This document shows positions 18,079 through 26,760 of a DNA stretch of 64,000 bases, piece by piece (positions within the stretch are counted from its first letter, which is position 1; every line of letters begins with the position of its first letter). A model generated the notes under the pieces. It saw only the letters and a list, made by a program, of their open reading frames with translations, had not been told where the DNA came from and did not search any database. Both the position numbers and the translations under genes were made by a program. The stretch spans positions 11,951 through 75,950 of the forward strand of contig DATEAH010000009.1 of assembly GCA_035288465.1 (NCBI GenBank), given 5' to 3'. This DNA comes from Patescibacteria group bacterium (GTDB lineage Bacteria; Patescibacteriota; UBA1384; DATEAH01).

Positions 18079-18867
18079 TCATATCTTATTATTTAAACCC
18101 TTCATCTTTTTATCTATCTCATTATAAAGTTCTGAACCTACTTCCTCAAAAACTTTTAATAAATCTTCATAAGTATTTTTACCGCCAAGTAAATCCCAAA
18201 ATTCAACCCCAACCAAAACTTCTTCTTTCAAGTCAAAAAGTCCTTGCAATGTCCAACGCTCATATGGTTTTGGTTCGTAAGGATTATATGGAATAGCAAC
18301 GATTGTTTTAATTTTTGCTTTTGGGTTTTCACTACCGCGCATCGTAATCCAATCTAGCATTTGCTTTTTAATGCCGGTAAATTCGTTCATGTTTGGTTTT
18401 GCGCTTTTTAGTTCAAAATAATACTCTGTTTCGTCTTTCATTTCTATAAAAAGGTCAACGCGCTTTTTAAGTTTTTTTCCCATTTCGCCTTTGCCGGCTA
18501 CGGCCAATACTTCTTTCGTTTCTTTATCCTTATCAGGCGTTCGTGAAGCAAGACGTAATTCACGCATTATACTATCAATTTTCAAAACGGCTTCGCTACT
18601 GATATATCCTTCAAATCCTTTATATTGTCCTATTGCTTGTTTGGCTTTTGGCTCGGCGATTATTTTACCAACCTGCTCAAAAATTGATGTTCCAAGTATT
18701 GTGTTTACTGATTGAATAAAAGAGAATAACGCCATTCTATCTTTGCCGAGTAAACGAAAATGAAATGGCATTGAATTTGTCTCCGGATCATAAGTCGCCA
18801 ACTTTTGGCGGATTTTACTTACTAAATACTCCTTAATCTGTTTGCTTTGTTGAGTTGTGAGTGCCAT
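18079..18867 (-). CDS. putative type II restriction endonuclease (PD-(D/E)xK-like candidate)
   Basis: Starts 1 nt after the MTase stop on the same strand; possible VDLFIEMK catalytic motif; no firm family match by eye. Confidence 0.45.
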   Translation of the reverse strand: MALTTQQSKQIKEYLVSKIRQKLATYDPETNSMPFHFRLLGKDRMALFSFIQSVNTILGTSIFEQVGKIIAEPKAKQAIGQYKGFEGYISSEAVLKIDSIMRELRLASRTPDKDKETKEVLAVAGKGEMGKKLKKRVDLFIEMKDETEYYFELKSAKPNMNEFTGIKKQMLDWITMRGSENPKAKIKTIVAIPYNPYEPKPYERWTLQGLFDLKEEVLVGVEFWDLLGGKNTYEDLLKVFEEVGSELYNEIDKKMKGLNNKI

Positions 18868-18868
18868 A

Positions 18869-20458
18869 TTATTTTTCCTTTTTTAAGTGAAAAATTATTT
18901 CCGAATAAGGAGACTTGTCCCGTTCGGTTCTATTTAATACTGGTCGTTTAAATTGGTTTATAATTTTCATTCCAACTCGATCGGCAATTGTAGAATAAAG
19001 ATTGTATTTATCGTTTGCAACGATGAATACATCAAAATCATTAGCTAAAAATTTTCTACAATTAAGCAGAACTCTTGAAATTCCCTCAACATAAGATGCG
19101 CGCGCTTCCGTACTCTGACCTTTATAAAGCGGTCCTATCTCAAGCTCATCTCTGCGTTCAAATCCGAAAAGATCGTATGCATAAGCATGTTGCTCGTGAT
19201 AATCAATTTGACCAACATAGGGTGGTGAAGTAAAAATGCCATTGATTTTTTTCTTCTTTAAAACCTCGTAGAATTTTTTGTTTCTTTTTTTTACTTCTTC
19301 AAAAATATCCACCGTCCGAGAGTCTGCAGGAAGTATGGTATAATGTGCGTTTGTCTTTAGCTTTGTGAAGGTTCTGAGTCGATATACAGTATCAACTGCA
19401 TATCGATCGAACCACTCCTTTACTGAGAAAAGAGGCTTACAGATCTTTTTGTGTTTCCAGCAATAATAAGTTGTTATTTGCGGTTCTTTGAGGGTAGCTA
19501 AATCCGAGTGTGTCGTTGCGCGGCACGACCTTATCGTTCGACTCAAAATTATCGCTAATATCTTTTTATTCCTGACATCTTTTACTTTCTTGATTTGTTT
19601 AAATGCAAAATCAATTTCTTTGCGTATATTTTTAATATACCATTTGTCTAAGAAGTTTTTAGCGGAAAAATGATTTAATTCAATACCATATTTCTTAACG
19701 AGGCCGTTATAAATTTTCAAAAATTCTTTTTCTTTCTCTGTCGAGTATTTTTTTTCATCTATTTGTCTTCTTTGAACCTTATATTTGAATTCTGGACTTG
19801 GGAAGTATTTATTATTGAAATTTGTCATATGCATTAATAGCTCATTTTCAAAACTAGTAAGATTAATGTCAGCCTCGTAGTTTGTAATTGCTTGTCTTAT
19901 TTTTTCAACTTCGCTCTCAAGAGCTGGAAAATCATAATCGAGCAACTTTGTTTCTGTCATCATGCAATTAAAACGAGATATATCAATACCGATAGCATTT
20001 ATTCCCATTTCATGTGCTTGTACAAGTGTTGTTCCTGAACCGGAAAACGGATCAAGAACAATGTCGCCTGAATTAAAATAAACATCTTTTTTAAAATTGT
20101 CAGTATGGTTGTCAATAAAATATTGGACAAGTTGCGGAATAAACTTGCCTTTGTACGGATGCAAACGATGGACGTGCTTTGTCGTGTCCTTTTCTTTGAG
20201 GTGATCAAAGGACAATGCCCAATTCAAGTCATTACCAAGTCGTTTTTTCCAATCAATCTCTTGTTTTCCTCGATATGAATCATAATAATTTTTTAAATCG
20301 TTTAGATTAACAAAAATAGAAGCACCGCTATTGTGTTTTTTTATTTTCCCGTATTGAACTAAATACGAAATATTTGATTCGCTAATATCGCGCCTAAGGA
20401 AATCACTTGCCCAATGACTCGCTTCTTTAATTGTTAGAAGTTGTTTAGTTTGTTGCAT
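18869..20458 (-). CDS. DNA methyltransferase (N4-cytosine/N6-adenine type; SPPY motif IV and DPFSGSGTT motif I)
   Basis: VLDPFSGSGTTLVQA (AdoMet motif I) and IFTSPPYVGQIDY (motif IV). Confidence 0.8.
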   Translation of the reverse strand: MQQTKQLLTIKEASHWASDFLRRDISESNISYLVQYGKIKKHNSGASIFVNLNDLKNYYDSYRGKQEIDWKKRLGNDLNWALSFDHLKEKDTTKHVHRLHPYKGKFIPQLVQYFIDNHTDNFKKDVYFNSGDIVLDPFSGSGTTLVQAHEMGINAIGIDISRFNCMMTETKLLDYDFPALESEVEKIRQAITNYEADINLTSFENELLMHMTNFNNKYFPSPEFKYKVQRRQIDEKKYSTEKEKEFLKIYNGLVKKYGIELNHFSAKNFLDKWYIKNIRKEIDFAFKQIKKVKDVRNKKILAIILSRTIRSCRATTHSDLATLKEPQITTYYCWKHKKICKPLFSVKEWFDRYAVDTVYRLRTFTKLKTNAHYTILPADSRTVDIFEEVKKRNKKFYEVLKKKKINGIFTSPPYVGQIDYHEQHAYAYDLFGFERRDELEIGPLYKGQSTEARASYVEGISRVLLNCRKFLANDFDVFIVANDKYNLYSTIADRVGMKIINQFKRPVLNRTERDKSPYSEIIFHLKKEK

Positions 20459-20551
20459 GATTCCATTTTATCAAATCATCAATTAAAACGCCCAGCGCTT
20501 TGGCTATTTTTGAATGTTGAATTTTCAAATTATAAAAAATAAAATAATTTT

Positions 20552-20625
20552 TGGACCCAGCCGGATTCGAACCGGCGGCCTCATGCATGCCATGCATGCG
20601 CTCTAGCCAGCTGAGCTATGGGCCC
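20552..20625 (-). tRNA. tRNA-Ala (anticodon GGC)
   Basis: Cloverleaf by hand: acceptor GGGCCCA/TGGGTCC with G3:U70, anticodon loop ATGGCAT, T-loop TTCGAAT; no encoded CCA. Confidence 0.9.
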
Positions 20626-20645
20626 AAATTTGTAAAAATCCTAAG

Positions 20646-20782
20646 CACGAAATCCTAAATCCTAAACAAACTCTAATGATCAAAATTTTAAATGTTTAAA
20701 ATCGGTTTTGAAAATTTGAATATTGGGATTTTGATATTGTTTAGAATTTAGATATTCGGATTTCGAATTTTCAACGAAGGTG
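20646..20782. repeat. AT-rich palindromic dispersed repeat, copy 2 (CGAAATCCTAAATCCTAAACAA … TTGTTTAGAATTTAGATATTCGGATTTCGAA)
   Basis: ~25-bp inverted arms around ~75 bp; right arm overlaps last codons of dgkA. Confidence 0.5.
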
Positions 20783-21133
20783 TGGCCAAAAAATAATAAT
20801 CCCTACCACCAGTGAAACGATAGACCACAATAAAACAAAACCGGCCATCATGTCTTTAATAATTTTAACGTCTAAATCATTTGAGGGATGAAAACGATCC
20901 AAGGTAAATTCGACTAAAGTGTTTAAGATTTCCGCCGCAATCGTTGATGTCACAAAAAGCAAAAGAATTAATTCCTTATTAAATTCCAATTGATAATACC
21001 AGGCTAAAAACATTACCAATATCCCGACTACCAGCATAATCCATAAATTTTGTTCAGTGACTAGCGATCGCCACAAACCAGACCAGGCGTAAAAAAAGCT
21101 TCCTTTAAATCTTTCCCAGCTTGAAAAAATCAT
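20771..21133 (-). CDS. dgkA: diacylglycerol kinase / undecaprenol kinase (DgkA family)
   Basis: 3-TM 120-aa protein; AAEILNTLVEFTLDRFHPSNDLDVKIIKDMMAGFV matches prokaryotic DAGK core. Confidence 0.65.
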   Translation of the reverse strand: MIFSSWERFKGSFFYAWSGLWRSLVTEQNLWIMLVVGILVMFLAWYYQLEFNKELILLLFVTSTIAAEILNTLVEFTLDRFHPSNDLDVKIIKDMMAGFVLLWSIVSLVVGIIIFWPHLR

Positions 21134-21181
21134 TTTCCCTCCTCCTAATTTTACCCAATTTGTACCTAAAAATCAATAAAT

Positions 21182-22498
21182 TTATATATTTTTAATAAAT
21201 TTTTCCGCTTCAACTTTAGTTTTTACTTTTTCTTCGAGCTGCGCATCCATTAAAGCTTCCATAATTTTTCCTACCTCAGGGCCAGATTCAATTTTTAAAA
21301 TTTTCATAATCTGATTACCATTTAATAGTGGAATAGGTGGTTGTGGTTTTTTCAATTCTGCCTGATATAATTTTAAAGAATAATTATACAAGGTTAAATC
21401 TTCAGGCATTGATCCTTGGCCATCAGCTTTCCAAACCGCCAATAAGTCGTGAATCCAAGGATGCCTTGCCCAGCGGATTTGTTTGGCCAATTTCATTTGC
21501 ATAATATCTTTGTGGCGTAAATGTTCGCGTACCAAAAAAACCACTTTTTCAGAAAATTTTCGTGGAAATTTTAACCTTTTCATAATCTTTTCTGTCATTT
21601 GCGCTGATAATTTAACATGGCCATAAAAAGTGATTCTTTTGCCATATTTTGGGTGTTCGCGGATTTTCCAGGTTTGCGGTTTGCCAATATCATGCAGTAA
21701 AACTGCCCAAATCACCGATAATTTTGCCTGGGCTGGAATTTTTTTCAATGATAAAATCGTATGAATCCAAACATCGCCTTCAGCATGAAAATTATTAGGC
21801 TGTGTTGAACCTTTGCCGTTTTCAAGCTCTGGCAAAAGATGATTTAAAATTTCTAATTTTGACAAATCTTCAATACTTTTAGTTCTGGAAGGATTTTTGA
21901 GCATTTTATTCAATTCATCTCGAATTCTCTCGGCAGATACCGAAATTACCAATTTCGCATTTTTACGAAGCGCTTTTTCGGTTTCTGGATCAAATTTAAA
22001 ACCCAAAGCATTTTTAAAACGAACCGCGCGCAAGATTCGCAAATGATCTTCGCCAATTCTTTTTTCGGGATTGCCAATAAATCGCAAGATCTTATTCTTA
22101 ATATCTTTTTGCCCGTCAACCCAATCGATTACTTTATTTGAAAGAGGATCATACAAAAGGGCATTAACCGTAAAATCTCGGCGTTTAACATCTTCTTCGG
22201 CGGTTGCCCAGGAGACTTGGGATGGTCGGCGAGAATCACGATAATCCGCTTCGGTGCGAAAGGTGGCGACTTCAAATTGATGTTTATTTTTGATCACCAA
22301 AATCACCCCAAATTTTTTCCCCACCGCCACGGTTTTAGAAAATAGTTTTTCGACTTCGTCGGGTTTTGCCGAGGTGACAATATCAAAATCATGGGGAGTT
22401 TTACCCATGACAATATCTCGTACGCACCCGCCAACCCAATAGACTTCGTGTCCGGCATTTTTGAGTTTTTTGACAATTTCCAAGGCTGTTTTTTTCAT
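21182..22498 (-). CDS. cca: CCA-adding tRNA nucleotidyltransferase with HD domain
   Basis: YWVGGCVRDIVMG…DFDIVT head motif; RRDFTVNAL; downstream HD-like LLHDIGK. Confidence 0.85.
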   Translation of the reverse strand: MKKTALEIVKKLKNAGHEVYWVGGCVRDIVMGKTPHDFDIVTSAKPDEVEKLFSKTVAVGKKFGVILVIKNKHQFEVATFRTEADYRDSRRPSQVSWATAEEDVKRRDFTVNALLYDPLSNKVIDWVDGQKDIKNKILRFIGNPEKRIGEDHLRILRAVRFKNALGFKFDPETEKALRKNAKLVISVSAERIRDELNKMLKNPSRTKSIEDLSKLEILNHLLPELENGKGSTQPNNFHAEGDVWIHTILSLKKIPAQAKLSVIWAVLLHDIGKPQTWKIREHPKYGKRITFYGHVKLSAQMTEKIMKRLKFPRKFSEKVVFLVREHLRHKDIMQMKLAKQIRWARHPWIHDLLAVWKADGQGSMPEDLTLYNYSLKLYQAELKKPQPPIPLLNGNQIMKILKIESGPEVGKIMEALMDAQLEEKVKTKVEAEKFIKNI

Positions 22499-22585
22499 AA
22501 TTAATTTAATATTAGCATGAATTCCGCTAAAAATGAAGCTTTGACGAATCCGCTCCGGTTTGATATTGTGGAGAAAGGAGGTAAA

Positions 22586-24367
22586 ATGTCTAAAAAATTT
22601 ACTTATGAGACTATCAAAAAATCAAAAAAAGACTTAAAAATTGAGCCAAATCTACCAGATTATGACAAGACCCATCAAACTTGGGATTGGAAGAAGGCTG
22701 AAAAAGCCCTAACTTGGTTTCCGGGCCACAAAATCAACGCTGCTTACAATGCCATTGACCGGCATGCCGAAGGTGAACGTAAAAACAAAGTGGCACTTTA
22801 CTGGATGGGCGAAGACGGCACCAAAAAGGAATTCACTTTTTGGGAGATGCAGAATTTATCAAACCAAGTCGCTAATATCTTAAAAAATCATGGACTCGAA
22901 AAAGGCGAACGAGTTTTCCTATTTTTACCCAGAAATCCCGAACTTTATTTTAGCTTTTTGGGAGTGATTAAAACTGGCGCCATTGCCGGCACCATGTTTC
23001 AGGCCTTTGGACCCGAAGGGATACGCGACCGTTTGCAAAATTCCGGCGCCAAATTTTTAATCACCACCAGCGAAATGGTCAAACGCGTTTACAAAATTAA
23101 AAAAGATCTTCCAAATTTAGAAAAAATCTTTTTAACTGATGTCAAACCTGGCCAAAAACTCAAAAAAGGCGAAGTCGACTTTCAAAAAGAAATGAAATCA
23201 GCCTCAGTTGAGTTTAAAGTCGTGGAAATGAAACCCGAAGATTACGCCTTTATGCTTTATACTTCAGGCACCACTGGCAAACCCAAAGGCGTGGTACATA
23301 GGCACTTAGCTATTTTACAGGAACATTTTACCGCCAAGTGGGTTTTAGACATTCATGATTCTGATATTTATTGGTGCACGGCTGATCCGGGCTGGGTGAC
23401 CGGCATCGCTTATGAAATTTTAGGGGTTTGGTCAATTGGTGCCTCGTCAGTGGTTTATGATGGCAGATTTGATCCGGCAACTTGGTATCAGATTTTGCAG
23501 GATTATGAAGTCACAGTTTGGTATACCGCGCCAACCGCAATTCGCATGTTGGCAAAATCTGGCACTGATTTGGTCAAAAAATATGATTTATCCCATTTGC
23601 GCTATATGGCTTCGGTGGGTGAACCTTTAAATCCTGAACCGATTAAATGGGGCATGAAAGCTTTTGGTTTGCCATTTCATGATAACTGGTGGCAGACCGA
23701 GATTGGCGGCATTTCCATTGCCAATTACCCAACCATGGACATCCGTTTAGGTTCAATGGGCAAGCCAATTCCTGGCGTCTTTGCCACCATTTTGTCGGAT
23801 GATGGCAAGGAATTGCCAAATTTGCATGAAGGCAATTTAGTTTTAAAGCCGGCTTTTCCGTCGCTCATGAAAGCCATTTGGCGCCGTCCCGGCAAATTTA
23901 AATCTTATTTTATGAAGGGGCTGGCTGGCCACGAGCGGGGAGTCGAGTGGTATATTACCGGCGACCGTGCCTTCAAAGACAAAGACGGTTATTTTTGGTT
24001 TATTGGTCGTGCTGACGATGTCATTAAAACTGCCGGCGAAAGAGTTGGTCCGTTTGAAGTCGAATCTGCCTTAATTGACACCGGCAAAGTCATTGAAGCA
24101 GGCGTCATCGGCAAGCCAGATCCAGAACGTGGCGAAATTATCAAAGCCTTTTGTATATTGCGGCAAGGCGTGACCCCATCTGAAAAATTGAAAACAGAAC
24201 TCTCAGAATATGTCAAAAAACATTTAGCCGGCCACGCCTACCCCAAAGAAATTGAATTTGTCGAAACTTTACCAAAAACCCGCTCAGGCAAAATTATGCG
24301 ACGTGTTTTAAAAGCCAAAGAACTCGGTTTACCGGTTGGCGACACCTCGACACTTGAAGAGTATTAA
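22586..24367 (+). CDS. acetyl-CoA synthetase-like AMP-forming acyl-CoA ligase
   Basis: YTSGTTGKPKG AMP-binding motif, Acs-like N-terminus (WFPGHKINAAYNAIDRH); start set at ATG after GAAAGGAGG RBS. Confidence 0.7.
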   Translation: MSKKFTYETIKKSKKDLKIEPNLPDYDKTHQTWDWKKAEKALTWFPGHKINAAYNAIDRHAEGERKNKVALYWMGEDGTKKEFTFWEMQNLSNQVANILKNHGLEKGERVFLFLPRNPELYFSFLGVIKTGAIAGTMFQAFGPEGIRDRLQNSGAKFLITTSEMVKRVYKIKKDLPNLEKIFLTDVKPGQKLKKGEVDFQKEMKSASVEFKVVEMKPEDYAFMLYTSGTTGKPKGVVHRHLAILQEHFTAKWVLDIHDSDIYWCTADPGWVTGIAYEILGVWSIGASSVVYDGRFDPATWYQILQDYEVTVWYTAPTAIRMLAKSGTDLVKKYDLSHLRYMASVGEPLNPEPIKWGMKAFGLPFHDNWWQTEIGGISIANYPTMDIRLGSMGKPIPGVFATILSDDGKELPNLHEGNLVLKPAFPSLMKAIWRRPGKFKSYFMKGLAGHERGVEWYITGDRAFKDKDGYFWFIGRADDVIKTAGERVGPFEVESALIDTGKVIEAGVIGKPDPERGEIIKAFCILRQGVTPSEKLKTELSEYVKKHLAGHAYPKEIEFVETLPKTRSGKIMRRVLKAKELGLPVGDTSTLEEY

Positions 24368-24454
24368 ATCGCCTCATCGGCGATCCGCCAGAGAGGCGGA
24401 ATATACAAAAAAGCTTCTGGAAAACTTGAATCTATAACCTAGGAGCTTTTTTTA

Positions 24455-24483
24455 TTGGCAAAAATTTCGAATTATGGTATAAT
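24455..24483 (+). promoter_or_regulatory. sigma70-like promoter upstream of purN (TTGGCA-17-TATAAT)
   Basis: Near-consensus hexamers ~30 nt upstream of purN ATG. Confidence 0.5.
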
Positions 24484-24509
24484 TTTGATATTAGTAAGGA
24501 ATTAAAATA

Positions 24510-25124
24510 ATGGAAAAATTAAAATTAGCGGTTTTAATCGGCCGTGGTGGCAGGTTAGAAGCCCTCTATAATAATTGCCAAAAATCAGGACTTGCAGAAA
24601 TCGTGGCGGTAATTTCACATAAAAAAGAATCACCCGGGATTGAGTGGGCAAAAAAGCAGGGGATTGAGGCTTTTTATTTTCGCTGGTCAGATTTCAAAAT
24701 CAACAATAATAACCGTTGCGCTTTTGACACCGAATTAGCTAAAAAATTACAAAAATCAAACCCAGACCTAATTGTTATGGCTGGCTGGGATTTGATAATT
24801 CACGACGAACTAATCTCCAAATTTCCCAATAAAGTTATCAATATTCATCCCGCCTTATGTCCCGCATTTCCCGGTACGGAAGCCGAAAAACAAGCTTTAG
24901 ACTATGGCGTGCAATTTACCGGCTGCACAGTTCATTTTGTGACCGATGAAGGCGTTGATACTGGACCAATCATTCAGCAAGCGGTGGTTAAAATCGAAAA
25001 AGGCGAAACCGTTGAATCATTACAAGCCAAAATTCACCAAGGCGAAGATGAAATATTAGCCGAGGCTGTCAAATTAATTGCCCTCAAAAAAATAAAAATC
25101 TCCGGTCGCAGAGTGGAGATTTAA
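24510..25124 (+). CDS. purN: phosphoribosylglycinamide formyltransferase
   Basis: Formyl-transferase core NIHPALCPAFPG…; ~200 aa as expected for PurN. Confidence 0.75.
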   Translation: MEKLKLAVLIGRGGRLEALYNNCQKSGLAEIVAVISHKKESPGIEWAKKQGIEAFYFRWSDFKINNNNRCAFDTELAKKLQKSNPDLIVMAGWDLIIHDELISKFPNKVINIHPALCPAFPGTEAEKQALDYGVQFTGCTVHFVTDEGVDTGPIIQQAVVKIEKGETVESLQAKIHQGEDEILAEAVKLIALKKIKISGRRVEI

Positions 25125-25170
25125 AAATTACCAAAACTCAATAAAATTATGCTCGAACCCTTATCGGGAT

Positions 25171-26751
25171 TTAATTTTTATTTAGGCTAGAAAGCAGGCT
25201 TTTGCCGGTCATTTCCGCCGGAATCGCTAAGCCTAAAAGTTCTAAAATTGTGGGTGCAATATCGGCCAAATTATAATCAGAACCCATCATTGCCGAGATT
25301 ATTGAGCCTCGATCAACTTGTTGCATCAGACTATGTTGGTCAAGGCGGTTGTCTGGATTAATTAAAATAAATGGCACCGGATTAGTGGTATGAAAATTTT
25401 TTAATTGACCGGTAAAACTGCTAATTTTGCCCATTTCTTCGGCTAAACCATGATCAGCAGTCAGAATCGCACAACCGCCCACGCTAAGGGTTTTTTCGAC
25501 AATTTCCGCAATTGCAATATCAACATATTTAACCGCCGTTTCCACAACTTGGGAATTTCCGGTATGTCCGCAAATATCAACATTTGGTAAATTCGTCACA
25601 ATTAGATTAAAATTGCCCTGCACAATTTTAGAAACTACCATATTTTTAACGTCATATAACCTTAATTGTGGTGATTTGTTAATATCATGGCTGGTGTATG
25701 ATTTGAGAATAAAATTTTCTTCACCTGTGAATTTTGAATGTGAATAGCCGTTAAAATCATATATTAAATTCTTTTCTTTGTAGCTTTCCGTGATTTTAGC
25801 AATTTTTAAATTATTTTTAGAAATCACCTCGCTAAGGGTAGGGCTAACTTTGGGGGTGGTAAAAATCGGTTGAGTTTTGAGATGGGAATAATCAGTCAGG
25901 GTATAAATATTTTTATTATAATTAGAAATAATATTGATATATTCGGAAATATCTCGGCCATTAAAATTAAAAAATATGATCGAATCGTCAGGTTTGATGC
26001 GACTCAATTCAGGATCAAAATTTAACATTAAAGTTGGCGAAAAATCAGCATCACCAACATGATTCTGATAAGAATTTTTAATCGCCTGCAGAGGATTGGG
26101 GGAAGTCGGAATTTTATTTGTTTCAAAAAGAGCTCGAGCCGAGATTCTAATTTGTCGCAAATCAGCATCGCCATCCTCAATCCAGCCTCGTCCAGTTAAG
26201 GTGGCAATTTTTCCCAAATTTTGGCTTTCCAGCGTTTTTTCTAACCAATCAATCGTGCCAATGCCGGCATTGTGATTGGTGTCAACGCCATCCAAAATCC
26301 CGTGCAAATAAACGTTTTTTACCCCTTTATTTTTAAAATAATTAAGTAAGGCCTGTAAATGAGTTAATTCAGCCACCGAATGAGCTTTGGTAATCATGCC
26401 CACCAAATGTAAATTTGTTTTGGCATTAAAAATATTTAAAGCAATTTTGTGCAAAATTTGGTTTTGATAAAATTCACCGCTTTTAATCTGGCTGGAGATA
26501 ATCCCCGAAATCGGCAAAACTAATCGTCCCGCACCAATTATAGTATGGCAGATTTCAGAATCAGGGTATGTGTCTCGATCACTCGAGACCATCGCTAATG
26601 ATTTTAATGATTGATGGGGATAATTTCGCCAATAATAATTAAAATTTCTCGGCTGTCCCGAAGCAATAAAATTACCGCTCCAAGAAGGAGTTAAGCCCCA
26701 GCCGTCTAAAATAATTAGCACAATTGGTTTATAAAGAGATTTTTGATTCAT
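25171..26751 (-). CDS. divergent paralog of 2,3-bisphosphoglycerate-independent phosphoglycerate mutase (iPGM/alkaline-phosphatase superfamily)
   Basis: ILDGWGL N-terminus and metal-binding DHGL…, CGHTGN conserved, but canonical MGNSEVGH replaced by DSEICHTIIG. Confidence 0.6.
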   Translation of the reverse strand: MNQKSLYKPIVLIILDGWGLTPSWSGNFIASGQPRNFNYYWRNYPHQSLKSLAMVSSDRDTYPDSEICHTIIGAGRLVLPISGIISSQIKSGEFYQNQILHKIALNIFNAKTNLHLVGMITKAHSVAELTHLQALLNYFKNKGVKNVYLHGILDGVDTNHNAGIGTIDWLEKTLESQNLGKIATLTGRGWIEDGDADLRQIRISARALFETNKIPTSPNPLQAIKNSYQNHVGDADFSPTLMLNFDPELSRIKPDDSIIFFNFNGRDISEYINIISNYNKNIYTLTDYSHLKTQPIFTTPKVSPTLSEVISKNNLKIAKITESYKEKNLIYDFNGYSHSKFTGEENFILKSYTSHDINKSPQLRLYDVKNMVVSKIVQGNFNLIVTNLPNVDICGHTGNSQVVETAVKYVDIAIAEIVEKTLSVGGCAILTADHGLAEEMGKISSFTGQLKNFHTTNPVPFILINPDNRLDQHSLMQQVDRGSIISAMMGSDYNLADIAPTILELLGLAIPAEMTGKSLLSSLNKN

Positions 26752-26760
26752 AAAATTAAA

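Noticed and set aside
20552-20625. Near-palindromic anticodon arm CATGCATGGCATGCATG in tRNA-Ala(GGC) considered as a possible restriction-site cluster or artefact
   Set aside because: It is simply a GC-balanced anticodon stem with SphI/NlaIII-like sites. The cloverleaf is otherwise canonical with G3:U70.
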